Source of the DNA: Candidatus Campbellbacteria bacterium CG22_combo_CG10-13_8_21_14_all_43_18
Lineage (GTDB): Bacteria; Patescibacteriota; Minisyncoccia; Phycocordibacterales; GCA-002724975
DNA: 37,212 nucleotides
Assembly (NCBI GenBank): GCA_002771565.1
Contig: PCTS01000034.1
Location: forward strand, 877-38,088
Direction: 5' to 3'
The first letter of the stretch is position 1. Each line of letters begins with the position of its first letter. The position numbers were made by a program, and so were the translations under genes. The notes beneath the pieces are model-generated. The model was not told the origin of the DNA, made no database searches, and saw nothing but the letters and a program-made list of their open reading frames with translations. Positions 1-8,218 of the stretch are shown here, piece by piece.

Positions 1-32
1 GGCCATTACTAGAACTCTTTTCCTGAGCCCGT

Positions 33-69
33 TTGAAGTTTTGAGAGGTCGGACCTCTCAAAACTTCAA
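33..69. repeat. REP-like perfect palindrome, same family as the copies in the Y1 transposase locus
   Basis: TTGAAGTTTTGAGAGGTC-G-GACCTCTCAAAACTTCAA has 18-bp perfect arms. Its core (41-61) is the reverse complement of the 21-mer at 6680, 6918, 7185 and 7400. Confidence 0.9.
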
Positions 70-85
70 TGTTCAATCTACCTAT

Positions 86-115
86 ATTATATCATACTGT
101 GCCACATTCTGTCAA
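86..115 (-). promoter_or_regulatory. Sigma70 consensus promoter firing leftwards out of the window
   Basis: Minus strand reads TTGACA (115-110), 18 nt, then extended -10 TGaTATAAT (91-86). Confidence 0.7.
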
Positions 116-196
116 GCACAAAAACTCCCCCTAAAATCTTCTTAAAATACCTGTCCGCCTCGGGCGAAGCTCAAAAACAAGTTATAATAGATTTGT

Positions 197-1249
197 ATGC
201 CCGAGGAAGAAAAAAACGAAAAAGAGTCCGAGATAAATACAAGTCCCGCCGAAAATCAACAAGATGGAGAAATGGAAAAAACTCCCAACAAAATGCGGCC
301 TTTCGAAAATGGCGCCGCGCCGCGACCTCTCGCGACGAAGGCAGAAGGCCGGACTTTGAATAAAGACTTGAAGGGGACGAAAAAAAAGACATCAATCAGA
401 ACCTACGCCGACGATGTGGCCGGTCTGATAAAGAGCGGAACGAGTCTTTCCGATATCGCCATGGCTGAAGGGAAAAAAAGAGCTGAAAGAGGAGAGCAAA
501 AATTAAAAAGTTTGAGCAAGGATGGAAAAAGTCGAAGTAATCGCTTTTTCATTGTCTTCTCCGTCATTCTTTTTGCCTTGGGCATGATGGCGGTTTTGGG
601 AAGCTTGTTTTTCAGGAAAAGCGAGAAAGGGCCGGAAGAAACAGGGGCGGCCTCATCAATAATTTTCGCCAACTCCTTCCGGGAAATTGATATAAGCGCT
701 CTGGGAAGAATAGAGCTTCTCAAAAAAATCAATCAGGAAAGAAACTCCGCCGAACTTCCGCTCGGAGCCATCAGCAACCTTCTCCTGGAGAGAGAAAAGG
801 AGGGCATAAAGGCGGCGCTGAAGGCGGATGAATTCCTGAACCTTCTTGAGGTTCGAGCGGGAGAAATTTTTATTCGTTCTCTTGAGAAAGATTTCATGCT
901 TGGAGCTCATTCGTTTGACGGTAATCAGGGATTTCTTCTTTTTAGAGTCAAGTCTTTTGACAAGGCCTTCGGCAGAATGATCGCCTGGGAAAAATTCATG
1001 CTGGATGACCTTTGGCCGATGTTCTACAATTCCAAACCTTCGGTTGAGGCCGAGAGTAGTTCCGTTTTTGAGGGAAAATTCAAAGACATTGTTCTGCGCA
1101 ACAGAGATGCCAGAATACTGGAGGACGATGGCAAAGGGACGGCCTTGGTTTATTCTTTCCCGGACCAAAGGCATCTCGTTATCACAACGGACAAAAGCAC
1201 TCTGATAGAAGTTTTTGAAAGGCTTTCCGCGGGCCGTTTTAAAAACTAG
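197..1249 (+). CDS. Hypothetical single-pass membrane protein
   Basis: 350 aa ORF with a charged N-terminus, one strong TM segment (FFIVFSVILFALGMMAVLGSLFF) and a globular C-terminal domain. TATAAT lies 8 nt upstream of the ATG. Confidence 0.8.
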   Translation: MPEEEKNEKESEINTSPAENQQDGEMEKTPNKMRPFENGAAPRPLATKAEGRTLNKDLKGTKKKTSIRTYADDVAGLIKSGTSLSDIAMAEGKKRAERGEQKLKSLSKDGKSRSNRFFIVFSVILFALGMMAVLGSLFFRKSEKGPEETGAASSIIFANSFREIDISALGRIELLKKINQERNSAELPLGAISNLLLEREKEGIKAALKADEFLNLLEVRAGEIFIRSLEKDFMLGAHSFDGNQGFLLFRVKSFDKAFGRMIAWEKFMLDDLWPMFYNSKPSVEAESSSVFEGKFKDIVLRNRDARILEDDGKGTALVYSFPDQRHLVITTDKSTLIEVFERLSAGRFKN

Positions 1250-1332
1250 CCGGTATTGACCGAATATTAAATGATGGAAGAAGAAAACAAACAATAGGCA
1301 AGAGCCGAAGTTTTTGATAGAATTCTTGGAAT

Positions 1333-1704
1333 ATGGAAAAAGAAAAGGTTGAAAAATTCAGAAAAATGCTGGAGAAGAAACTCCAAGTTTTGCAAAGAGA
1401 GCTGTCCCGAATCGGCAGAATAAACCCCGACAATAAAGACGACTGGGAAGCAAAGCCGGAAGAGTGGGACAAAACGGGAGCGGACCGGAACGAATTGTCC
1501 GATGTTATTGAAGAATACGAAGAAAACAGCGCCGCTTTGAAAGAGCTTGAGATCAGATACAACAATGTCAAAAGGGCTCTGAAAAAAATAGAGAATGGAA
1601 CATACGGCCTTGACGAAGTGGACGGTACCCCCATCCCGCAGGACAGACTTCTGGCCAATCCATCCGCTCGGACCAAAGTTGAAAACGCCGACAAGCTAAG
1701 GTAA
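1333..1704 (+). CDS. TraR/DksA family transcription factor, cysteine-free variant
   Basis: Coiled coil followed by VKRALKKIENGTYG...IPQDRLLANPSART, the DksA/TraR C-terminal signature. The protein contains no Cys. Confidence 0.85.
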   Translation: MEKEKVEKFRKMLEKKLQVLQRELSRIGRINPDNKDDWEAKPEEWDKTGADRNELSDVIEEYEENSAALKELEIRYNNVKRALKKIENGTYGLDEVDGTPIPQDRLLANPSARTKVENADKLR

Positions 1705-1730
1705 ATGATAAATGGAGGTTTTTCACTTTA

Positions 1731-1750
1731 CCCTGAGCTTAGTCGAAGGG
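1731..1750. repeat. REP-like hairpin (CCCTGAGC..GTCGAAGGG type)
   Basis: CCCTGAGCTTAGTCGAAGGG within outer arms AATGGAG...CTCCATT. A related copy in the opposite orientation lies at 36670-36694. Confidence 0.6.
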
Positions 1751-1840
1751 CTTTCTCCATTTTTTCCCATTCCCGTAGCAATTTCGCTTTATAAACATTC
1801 CGACAAGTTTTTTGCAAAATAAAATAATAAAATAGCGAGA

Positions 1841-3358
1841 ATGTCGTTCGCTAAAGTCTTCAGCGCCCAGAGTGTTCTGCTCGGCGGAGAAATAATTTCA
1901 ATTGAGATTGACCTGTCCAAAGGCCTTCATGCTTTTAACATTGTCGGGCTTCCCGACAAGGCGGTTGAGGAGTCGCGCGACAGAGTCGGGGCGGCCATTA
2001 AAAATTCCGGATTTAAGTCTCCCAAAAACAAAAATCAGAAAGTGGTTGTTTCTCTGGCTCCGGCCGACCTCAAAAAAGAGGGGCCTTCTTTTGACCTTGG
2101 CATCGCCGTGGCATATCTTCTTTCAAGCAAAGATATAGAATTTGACCCCGATAAAAAACTTTTCTTGGGAGAACTTTCTCTGGACGGCAAGTTAAGAAAA
2201 ATCAAGGGGGTTCTGCCTATTATAATGAAAGCGAAGAAAGAGGGTTTTGAGGAAATTTTTCTACCTGAAGAAAACGTTTACGAGGCCAGTCTGATGGGCG
2301 GAATAAAAATCTTCGGATTTGGAAGTCTGAACGAAGTTCTAGAACATCTTCTTCAAAAGAAGCTCGTTTCTCCGGCTCCCAAGGGAAAAATAAAAAACGA
2401 GAAAAATCGGAACAATCTGGATTTTGGAGACATCAAGGGGCAGAATGACGCTAAAAGAGGCCTCTTGATAGCGGCGGCCGGCGGGCATAATCTCGCTATG
2501 TACGGGCCGGCCGGAACGGGAAAGACCATGCTGGCCCGGGCCTTCTCCGGAATTTTGCCGGCTCTTGATTTCGACGAAGTTTTGGAGATGACTGCGATTT
2601 ATTCGGTAGCCGGAGAACTAAAGAGTGATTTGATAACTTCTCCGCCTTTCCGTTCTCCGCATCACACTTCTTCTTATGTCTCTCTGGTCGGAGGAGGTTC
2701 CTATCCGAAACCCGGAGAGGTTACACTGGCTCATCGCGGAGTTCTTTTTCTGGATGAATTTCCGGAATTTGATAAAAGGGTCCTGGATTCCTTGCGAGAA
2801 CCTCTGGAAGACAGGGTTGTTTCAATTTCTCGGGCTCGAGGCAAAGCCAAGTTTCCGGCCAGTTTCATTCTGATAGCCGCCATGAATCCTTGCCCCTGCG
2901 GTAATTTCGGCACGGATAAAACCTGCTCGTGCAGTCCGATTTCCATAGAAAGATATAAAAAGAAGCTGTCGGGGCCGATTATGGACAGAATTGATTTGTG
3001 GGTGGAAGTTTCGGGAGTTTGTTATGAAGAATTGACGAAAAAAAACGAAAATAGAGAGTCTGAAAAGATTTTGAAGATGGTCGCCTCGGCCAGAAAAAAA
3101 CAAAAAGAGAGATTCGGAAGGCTTCCTATAAAAACCAACAGCGAAATGGGGGTTAAGGAAATCACCGGCCTCCTGCATTTGGGAGAGGAGGTCAAGAGAA
3201 AACTTTCCGCTTCAGCCGAAACTCTCAAACTTTCAGCCCGTCTCTATCATAAAGTCATAAAATTGGCTCGAACCATCGCCGACCTGGAAAATTCCAACGA
3301 AATTTTGGAGGACCATATTATGGAAGCTCTGCAATACCGGCCGAAAATATTTTACTAA
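1841..3358 (+). CDS. comM: YifB/ComM family Mg-chelatase-like AAA+ ATPase
   Basis: IVGLPDKAVEESRDRV, Walker A GPAGTGKT, PFRSPHHTSS, GVLFLDEFPEF, AAMNPCPCG, LSGPIMDRID. Confidence 0.95.
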   Translation: MSFAKVFSAQSVLLGGEIISIEIDLSKGLHAFNIVGLPDKAVEESRDRVGAAIKNSGFKSPKNKNQKVVVSLAPADLKKEGPSFDLGIAVAYLLSSKDIEFDPDKKLFLGELSLDGKLRKIKGVLPIIMKAKKEGFEEIFLPEENVYEASLMGGIKIFGFGSLNEVLEHLLQKKLVSPAPKGKIKNEKNRNNLDFGDIKGQNDAKRGLLIAAAGGHNLAMYGPAGTGKTMLARAFSGILPALDFDEVLEMTAIYSVAGELKSDLITSPPFRSPHHTSSYVSLVGGGSYPKPGEVTLAHRGVLFLDEFPEFDKRVLDSLREPLEDRVVSISRARGKAKFPASFILIAAMNPCPCGNFGTDKTCSCSPISIERYKKKLSGPIMDRIDLWVEVSGVCYEELTKKNENRESEKILKMVASARKKQKERFGRLPIKTNSEMGVKEITGLLHLGEEVKRKLSASAETLKLSARLYHKVIKLARTIADLENSNEILEDHIMEALQYRPKIFY

Positions 3359-3403
3359 GACAAAGCCCCGCCGCGCAAAGCGCGACGGGGCTTTGTCTTT
3401 TTC
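3357..3403 (+). terminator. Intrinsic terminator, probably bidirectional
   Basis: AAGACAAAGCCCCG...CGGGGCTTTGTCTT stem with a T run, between the convergent comM and M23 genes. Confidence 0.85.
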
Positions 3404-3469
3404 AATTTTCTTTAGACCAATTCGGCTGTTTTGGCTTTTAGCTCCGGGTCAGAAGCTCAAAACTTGAAC

Positions 3470-4447
3470 CTAAAACGGGTTCCTCGCTCCACGCACCTCA
3501 AAGTGGACATGGTTGCCGGTGGATTTACCGGTTGAACCGACATAACCTATAACCTGACCCTGGACGACGGCTTGCCCGGCATAGACGATATTTTTTGAGT
3601 TGTGGGCGTAGAGAGTTTGCGTTCCGTTGTCATGATTTATGACGATATAGTTTCCGTAGCCTCCGTTCCAGCCGAAACTTTTGCTGATAATAACCTGGCC
3701 CGAAGCCGAGGCAAAAATCGGCTCTCCGAAGTTTGTGGCAAGGTCCACGCCGTTATAGCCGTGAAGACCTTGTGATTTTCGCCCTCCGCTGATTGGCCTC
3801 ATATAATATCCCTCATAACTCGGGCCGCCGGCCTCTCGCAAAGTAACCGTCTTGGTTGCGGTTGTTTTTGGCGTTGAAATTTCTCCGTCCGGAATGACAA
3901 TAATGTCGCCCGGCTTGACGACAGACTCCAAAGAAAGACCGTTGTAGGCAAGCACTTCTTCATAGTGTCCTTTATATTTGGCCGTAATAGCTTTGACCGT
4001 TTCTCCAAAAACAACCGTATGTCTGACGCCGGAGACGGGAAGAATTATCAGAGTCTGGCCTTCTTTGATGACGGAGCCATTTTTAAGATCATTGGCCCAA
4101 AGAATGGTATTAACCGATACGCGGAACATTCGGGCAATCTGCGACAAAGAGTCTCCTTCTCTTACAACATAAACGCTAATCTGGTCAGAGTTGGGGGCGT
4201 CTTCAATGTCGGCCAGAGAGCCGGACGGGCCGGTTTCCGGAAGAAGGGAAGTCCCTCCGACAATGGTAATATCCCCGCCGCCTTTTACGACAGACGGGTC
4301 TATGTTTAGAGCCGCCTGAAGAAGAGCCATGTTTTGGGAATTCTCAATTTTTACGGATTTCGCTTCCGTTTTGGTAAAAATATTGTCCAAAAAAGAGAAA
4401 CCCCCGGCATAAGAGCGGAGCGGAAAAAGAAAAACGAAAAGAACCAA
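3470..4447 (-). CDS. LysM-domain M23 family peptidoglycan endopeptidase
   Basis: Two LysM repeats (YVVREGDSLSQIA; HTVVFGETVKAI) and M23 motifs HGYNGVD, YAH and STGNHVHFEVR. The start codon (TTG) is uncertain. Confidence 0.92.
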   Translation of the reverse strand: MVLFVFLFPLRSYAGGFSFLDNIFTKTEAKSVKIENSQNMALLQAALNIDPSVVKGGGDITIVGGTSLLPETGPSGSLADIEDAPNSDQISVYVVREGDSLSQIARMFRVSVNTILWANDLKNGSVIKEGQTLIILPVSGVRHTVVFGETVKAITAKYKGHYEEVLAYNGLSLESVVKPGDIIVIPDGEISTPKTTATKTVTLREAGGPSYEGYYMRPISGGRKSQGLHGYNGVDLATNFGEPIFASASGQVIISKSFGWNGGYGNYIVINHDNGTQTLYAHNSKNIVYAGQAVVQGQVIGYVGSTGKSTGNHVHFEVRGARNPF

Positions 4448-4638
4448 AACGACTTTGGCGTAAAACGCGGCTTTCCCCTCTGAATTTATGGCCTGATTTC
4501 TTGGTAGAAAAAAACCGCTAAAATCAGGTTCTTCTGTTTTCGGTTGAATAAGCCCTTATTTATGTAATAATTCCGATTTTCAGACGATTTATGGCTTCAT
4601 AGAGCCATTTCAGGTTCAGCAATTCTCACTACATTCGG

Positions 4639-4681
4639 ATTATAGGCAATAGCCGGGTAAAGTCAATACCGATGTGGATAA
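4639..4681 (-). promoter_or_regulatory. Promoter of the M23 gene with an adjacent consensus DnaA box
   Basis: Minus strand reads TTATCCACA (4681-4673), then TTGACT (4666-4661), 16 nt, TATAAT (4644-4639). Confidence 0.6.
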
Positions 4682-4711
4682 GGAAAAACAGGCCTTTTTC
4701 CGATATACTCA

Positions 4712-6673
4712 ATGGGAAATATGATGCCCAAGGAACTGAAAGAGCTGAATCCTCCGCAAAAAGAAGCGACCGAGCACAAAAGCGGCCCGCTTCTGGTTTT
4801 GGCGGGAGCCGGAGCCGGAAAAACCAGGGTTATAACCTTGAGAATCTATAATCTTATAAAATCCGGCATTGCTCCCGATAAAATTCTCGCCATAACCTTC
4901 ACCAACAAAGCGGCCAAGGAGATGCGGGAAAGAATTTTTGCTCTCATCGGAAAAAATCCATATTCGGGCTATGGAGAAGAACGGGGCGAAAGGCCTTTTG
5001 TCAGCACTTTTCACTCTCTGGGAGCCCATATCCTTCGAGAAAATCACAAAGCCTTCGGCCTTTCAAAATATTTTAATATCTTTGACAAAAATGATTCTTT
5101 GAGGGCGGTCAAAGAATCTTTGAGAGAGGCGGGATATGACCCGAAGCAGATAAACCCGGGCAAGGTCCTCGCCGCCATATCGAGAGCCAAGGGAGATTTT
5201 ATTGGGGCCGAAGAATATAAAGAAATGGCAGGGGACGATTTTTGGGGCAAAGTCGTGGCCAAAACATGGCAAAAGTACGATGCCAGAATCAGGAGGGAGA
5301 ATGCTTTGGATTTTGGAGATCTTCTTCTGGAGACGGCCGGGCTTTTGGAAAAAGATAGGGCGGTCAGAAATTTCTATCAAGATAAATGGCATTATGTTCA
5401 CATTGACGAGTATCAGGACACGAACAAAGCGCAGTACAAAATCGCCAGCCTTCTTTCGGAGAAACACAAAAATATCTTTGTCGTCGGCGATGTTGACCAA
5501 AACATCTACAGCTGGCGAGGCGCAAGTGTTAGAAACATTCTCGGCTTTGAAAAAGATTTTCGAAATACCAAGACAATAAAGCTGGAGCAGAATTATCGTT
5601 CAACCAAAAGAATTATTGAGGCCTCAAATCTGATTATCAAAAAAAACAAGAATCGCTACGAAAAAAACCTTTTCACAAAAAACGAAGAGGGAGAAAAGAT
5701 AGGTTTTTTCGGCGCCTATGACGAAAAAGAGGAGGCTGGCTTTGTTTCAGGGGTTTCGGCCTTTCTTTTAAGGCGGGGGATTCGCCCAAGCGAAGTGGCC
5801 GTTTTTTACCGCGCAAATTTTCAATCCAGAAATTTGGAAGAGATTTTTTTGATGAAGGGAATTCCTTATCAGGTCCTGGGGACAAGATTTTTTGAAAGAA
5901 AAGAAGTCAAAGATGTCATTTCTTTTATTAGGGCCGCCCTAAACCCGGACAGCCTTTCCGACATAAAACGCGTGGTGAATGTCCCGCCACGGGGTATCGG
6001 CAAGGTAACTCTTATAAAAATGTTTTCAGGAAAAACCGACAGCCTCCCTCAAAAAACGAAGGAGAGGGTTGAGGATTTTTACAAACTTTTGAAGAAAATC
6101 AAAGAGAGAGCGCTTGAGGGAAAGCCTTCGGAGACCGTCAAATTCATCATTAGAGAATCAAATCTTCTGAAAAAATTAAAAGAGGGGACGGAAGAAGACC
6201 GCGAAAGGCTTGAAAACATCAAGGAGCTCGCAACTCTCGGAGCAAAATACGACCACCTTCTTCCGGAAGAGGGAATCCAAAAACTTTTGGAAGAAGCTTC
6301 TTTGGCAAGCGAAGCGGACAGCCTGGACCACAAAACTCGAAACAAAGACGGAGTAAAGCTTATGACAATCCACGCTTCCAAGGGGCTGGAATTTGATTAT
6401 GTTTTTGTAACCGGCATGGAGGAAGGTCTGTTTCCGCATAACGGCGAAGAAGAGAAAGAAGACGAGGAAGAGGAAAGAAGGCTTTTTTATGTCGCCCTGA
6501 CAAGAGCCAGAAAAAAAGTTTATCTGACTTACTCCAACCAAAGAACCATCTACGGGCACCGCAAGCCAAACTTGCCGTCAACATTCCTGACGGAGTTTGA
6601 TGAAGATATCCTGGAAGAGGAAAACTTCCCGAATGAAAACACCTCAAACGAAAACACCATCCACCTCGACTAA
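4712..6673 (+). CDS. pcrA: ATP-dependent DNA helicase PcrA/UvrD
   Basis: LAGAGAGKTR, ITFTNKAA, VHIDEYQDTN, VVGDVDQNIYSWRGA, LEQNYRST, MTIHASKGLEF, EERRLFYVALTRA. The true start may be 4721 or 4724. Confidence 0.97.
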   Translation: MGNMMPKELKELNPPQKEATEHKSGPLLVLAGAGAGKTRVITLRIYNLIKSGIAPDKILAITFTNKAAKEMRERIFALIGKNPYSGYGEERGERPFVSTFHSLGAHILRENHKAFGLSKYFNIFDKNDSLRAVKESLREAGYDPKQINPGKVLAAISRAKGDFIGAEEYKEMAGDDFWGKVVAKTWQKYDARIRRENALDFGDLLLETAGLLEKDRAVRNFYQDKWHYVHIDEYQDTNKAQYKIASLLSEKHKNIFVVGDVDQNIYSWRGASVRNILGFEKDFRNTKTIKLEQNYRSTKRIIEASNLIIKKNKNRYEKNLFTKNEEGEKIGFFGAYDEKEEAGFVSGVSAFLLRRGIRPSEVAVFYRANFQSRNLEEIFLMKGIPYQVLGTRFFERKEVKDVISFIRAALNPDSLSDIKRVVNVPPRGIGKVTLIKMFSGKTDSLPQKTKERVEDFYKLLKKIKERALEGKPSETVKFIIRESNLLKKLKEGTEEDRERLENIKELATLGAKYDHLLPEEGIQKLLEEASLASEADSLDHKTRNKDGVKLMTIHASKGLEFDYVFVTGMEEGLFPHNGEEEKEDEEEERRLFYVALTRARKKVYLTYSNQRTIYGHRKPNLPSTFLTEFDEDILEEENFPNENTSNENTIHLD

Positions 6674-6679
6674 ACCCCA

Positions 6680-6700
6680 TTGAGAGGTCCGACCTCTCAA
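6680..6700. repeat. Palindrome TTGAGAGGTCCGACCTCTCAA, copy upstream of the transposase
   Basis: Exact 21-mer with 10-bp arms around a single C. Confidence 0.95.
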
Positions 6701-6728
6701 TTTAATAAAAATTAGGTATAATAATTAT

Positions 6729-7403
6729 ATGAGAAGAAATCCGCTAGTAAATGATGAATATTATCACATCTACAATAGGGGTGTGGACAAGAGAAAAATA
6801 ACAATGGATAAGTTTGATTCTGATCGTTTTATAACAAGTCTTGTTGAATTCAATTCCATTGATCCGATTGGCAGTCTTTATAGACAAAATTTACAAATTA
6901 ACAAAGAAAAAAGAAATTTGAGAGGTCCGACCTCTCAAATAGTTGAGCTTGTTGCTTATTGCCTTAATCCAAATCACTATCACCTCATCCTTAAACAAAA
7001 AACTGATCGGGGTATAAGCGAATTTATGAAGAGACTTGGGGTCGGATACACTTTGTATTTTAACGAAAAATATAAGCGTACTGGCGTTTTGTTTCAAGGA
7101 AAATTTAAATCAGTACACATAAGCAGGGATGATTACCTAAATCATTTGAGTGTATATGTAAATTTAAATGATAAAAAACATAATTTGAGAGGTCCGACCT
7201 CTCAAATGGTGAGGTCAAGTTGGAGTGAATACTTGGGAAAACCTTGGCGTGATCAAAACATTTGTTCTGGAAAAGATATAATCTTAAATCAATTCGAGTC
7301 AGTGGGTGATTATAGGAAGTTTGCAAATGGATCTATTTTGGAGATTATTGATAGAGGAAGAAAAGAGGACGAAATTAAGGAATTAATACTTGAATGGATT
7401 TGA
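6729..7403 (+). CDS. REP-associated tyrosine transposase (RAYT; IS200-like Y1 HUH family)
   Basis: YYHIYNRGVDK N-terminal motif, AYCLNPNHYHL (HUH), YFNEKYKRTGVLFQGKFKS, catalytic-Tyr helix YVNLN, then SSW. Confidence 0.92.
   Translation: MRRNPLVNDEYYHIYNRGVDKRKITMDKFDSDRFITSLVEFNSIDPIGSLYRQNLQINKEKRNLRGPTSQIVELVAYCLNPNHYHLILKQKTDRGISEFMKRLGVGYTLYFNEKYKRTGVLFQGKFKSVHISRDDYLNHLSVYVNLNDKKHNLRGPTSQMVRSSWSEYLGKPWRDQNICSGKDIILNQFESVGDYRKFANGSILEIIDRGRKEDEIKELILEWI
6918..6938. repeat. Palindrome copy inside the transposase ORF (encodes LRGPTSQ)
   Basis: Exact 21-mer, extended to ATTTG...CAAAT at 6916-6940. Confidence 0.95.
7185..7205. repeat. Second palindrome copy inside the transposase ORF (encodes LRGPTSQ)
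   Basis: Exact 21-mer, extended to ATTTG...CAAAT at 7183-7207. Confidence 0.95.
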
Positions 7404-7420
7404 GAGGTCCGACCTCTCAA
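7400..7420. repeat. Palindrome copy supplying the transposase stop codon
   Basis: Exact 21-mer. TGA at 7401-7403 is the stop of ORF 6729..7403. Confidence 0.95.
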
Positions 7421-7426
7421 ATTATT

Positions 7427-8218
7427 ATGAGGGCTAAAAGGTCATTGGGGCAGAATTTTTTGACTTCAGAGAAGATTGTCGCTGACATTGTCGGGGCGGC
7501 TGGTTTGAGTCAAGACGATATTATTCTTGAGGTTGGGCCGGGGAGAGGAATTTTGACCGGGGGGCTCTTGAAAAATTCCAAGAAAATCATCGCCGTGGAA
7601 AAAGATGATGGGCTTTTTGATTTTTTGAGAGAAAAATTCGCCCAAGAAATAGAAAGTGAAAAATTGATTTTAATCCACGGAGATATCTTAGACCCCCGCT
7701 TAAACATTCCGCGCTTGAATAAGGGAGGGTACAAGCTCGTCTCCAACATTCCATACAACATCACCGGAAAAATCATCAGAAAATTCCTGTCCGCGAAAAA
7801 CCGGCCCGAGATGATGGTCCTCCTCCTCCAAAAAGAAGTGGCCGAAAGAATCACGGCAAAAGACGGCAAGGAAAGTCTTCTCTCCATAAGCGTCAAAGCT
7901 TACGGCAAACCGAAGTACATCAAAAAGGTTTCCAGAATATTCTTTTCCCCAAAACCCAAGGTTGATTCGGCCATTCTTTTGATAGACGAGATCAGCCAGA
8001 CTTTTTTCAAAAATTTCCCCGAGAAGGAATTTTTTACCTTGGTCAAAAGCGGCTTCGCTCATAAAAGAAAAAAACTTCTAAACAATCTGAAAGAGATTGG
8101 TCTTGAACCAAGCCGGATTTTTAAGGAAATGGGGCTGTCGGAAAATATTCGGGCCGAAAGACTCAAGCCCAAAGAATGGCTGGAGCTGGCTAAAAAGACG
8201 AAGTCCCGATATTCCTAA
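7427..8218 (+). CDS. rsmA: 16S rRNA dimethyladenosine transferase RsmA/KsgA
   Basis: AKRSLGQNFL, ILEVGPGRGILT, VSNIPYNIT, QKEVAERI, FSPKPKVDSA. Start placed at ATG 7427 because the 11 upstream codons are the palindrome. Confidence 0.96.
   Translation: MRAKRSLGQNFLTSEKIVADIVGAAGLSQDDIILEVGPGRGILTGGLLKNSKKIIAVEKDDGLFDFLREKFAQEIESEKLILIHGDILDPRLNIPRLNKGGYKLVSNIPYNITGKIIRKFLSAKNRPEMMVLLLQKEVAERITAKDGKESLLSISVKAYGKPKYIKKVSRIFFSPKPKVDSAILLIDEISQTFFKNFPEKEFFTLVKSGFAHKRKKLLNNLKEIGLEPSRIFKEMGLSENIRAERLKPKEWLELAKKTKSRYS

Larger units (their letters stand above)
6679..7422 (+). mobile_element. AT-rich Y1-transposase cassette delimited by directly repeated palindromes
   Basis: Palindrome copies at 6680-6700 and 7400-7420 bound a visibly AT-rich segment. 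It fills almost all the space between the pcrA stop (6673) and the rsmA ATG (7427). Confidence 0.75.

Noticed and set aside
4560..4630. c-di-AMP (ydaO) riboswitch upstream of the wall hydrolase
   Set aside because: GCTGAA is present but the G-rich conserved segments and paired architecture were not found; an Rfam scan would be decisive.
6680..7420. Four identical palindromic repeats as a CRISPR array
   Set aside because: The intervals exceed 190 bp, form one continuous transposase ORF, and no cas genes are present.
7394..7426. N-terminal MDLRGPTSQII of the rsmA ORF in the track
   Set aside because: It is a translation of the palindrome; the family-like sequence begins at ATG 7427. It is kept only as a possibility.
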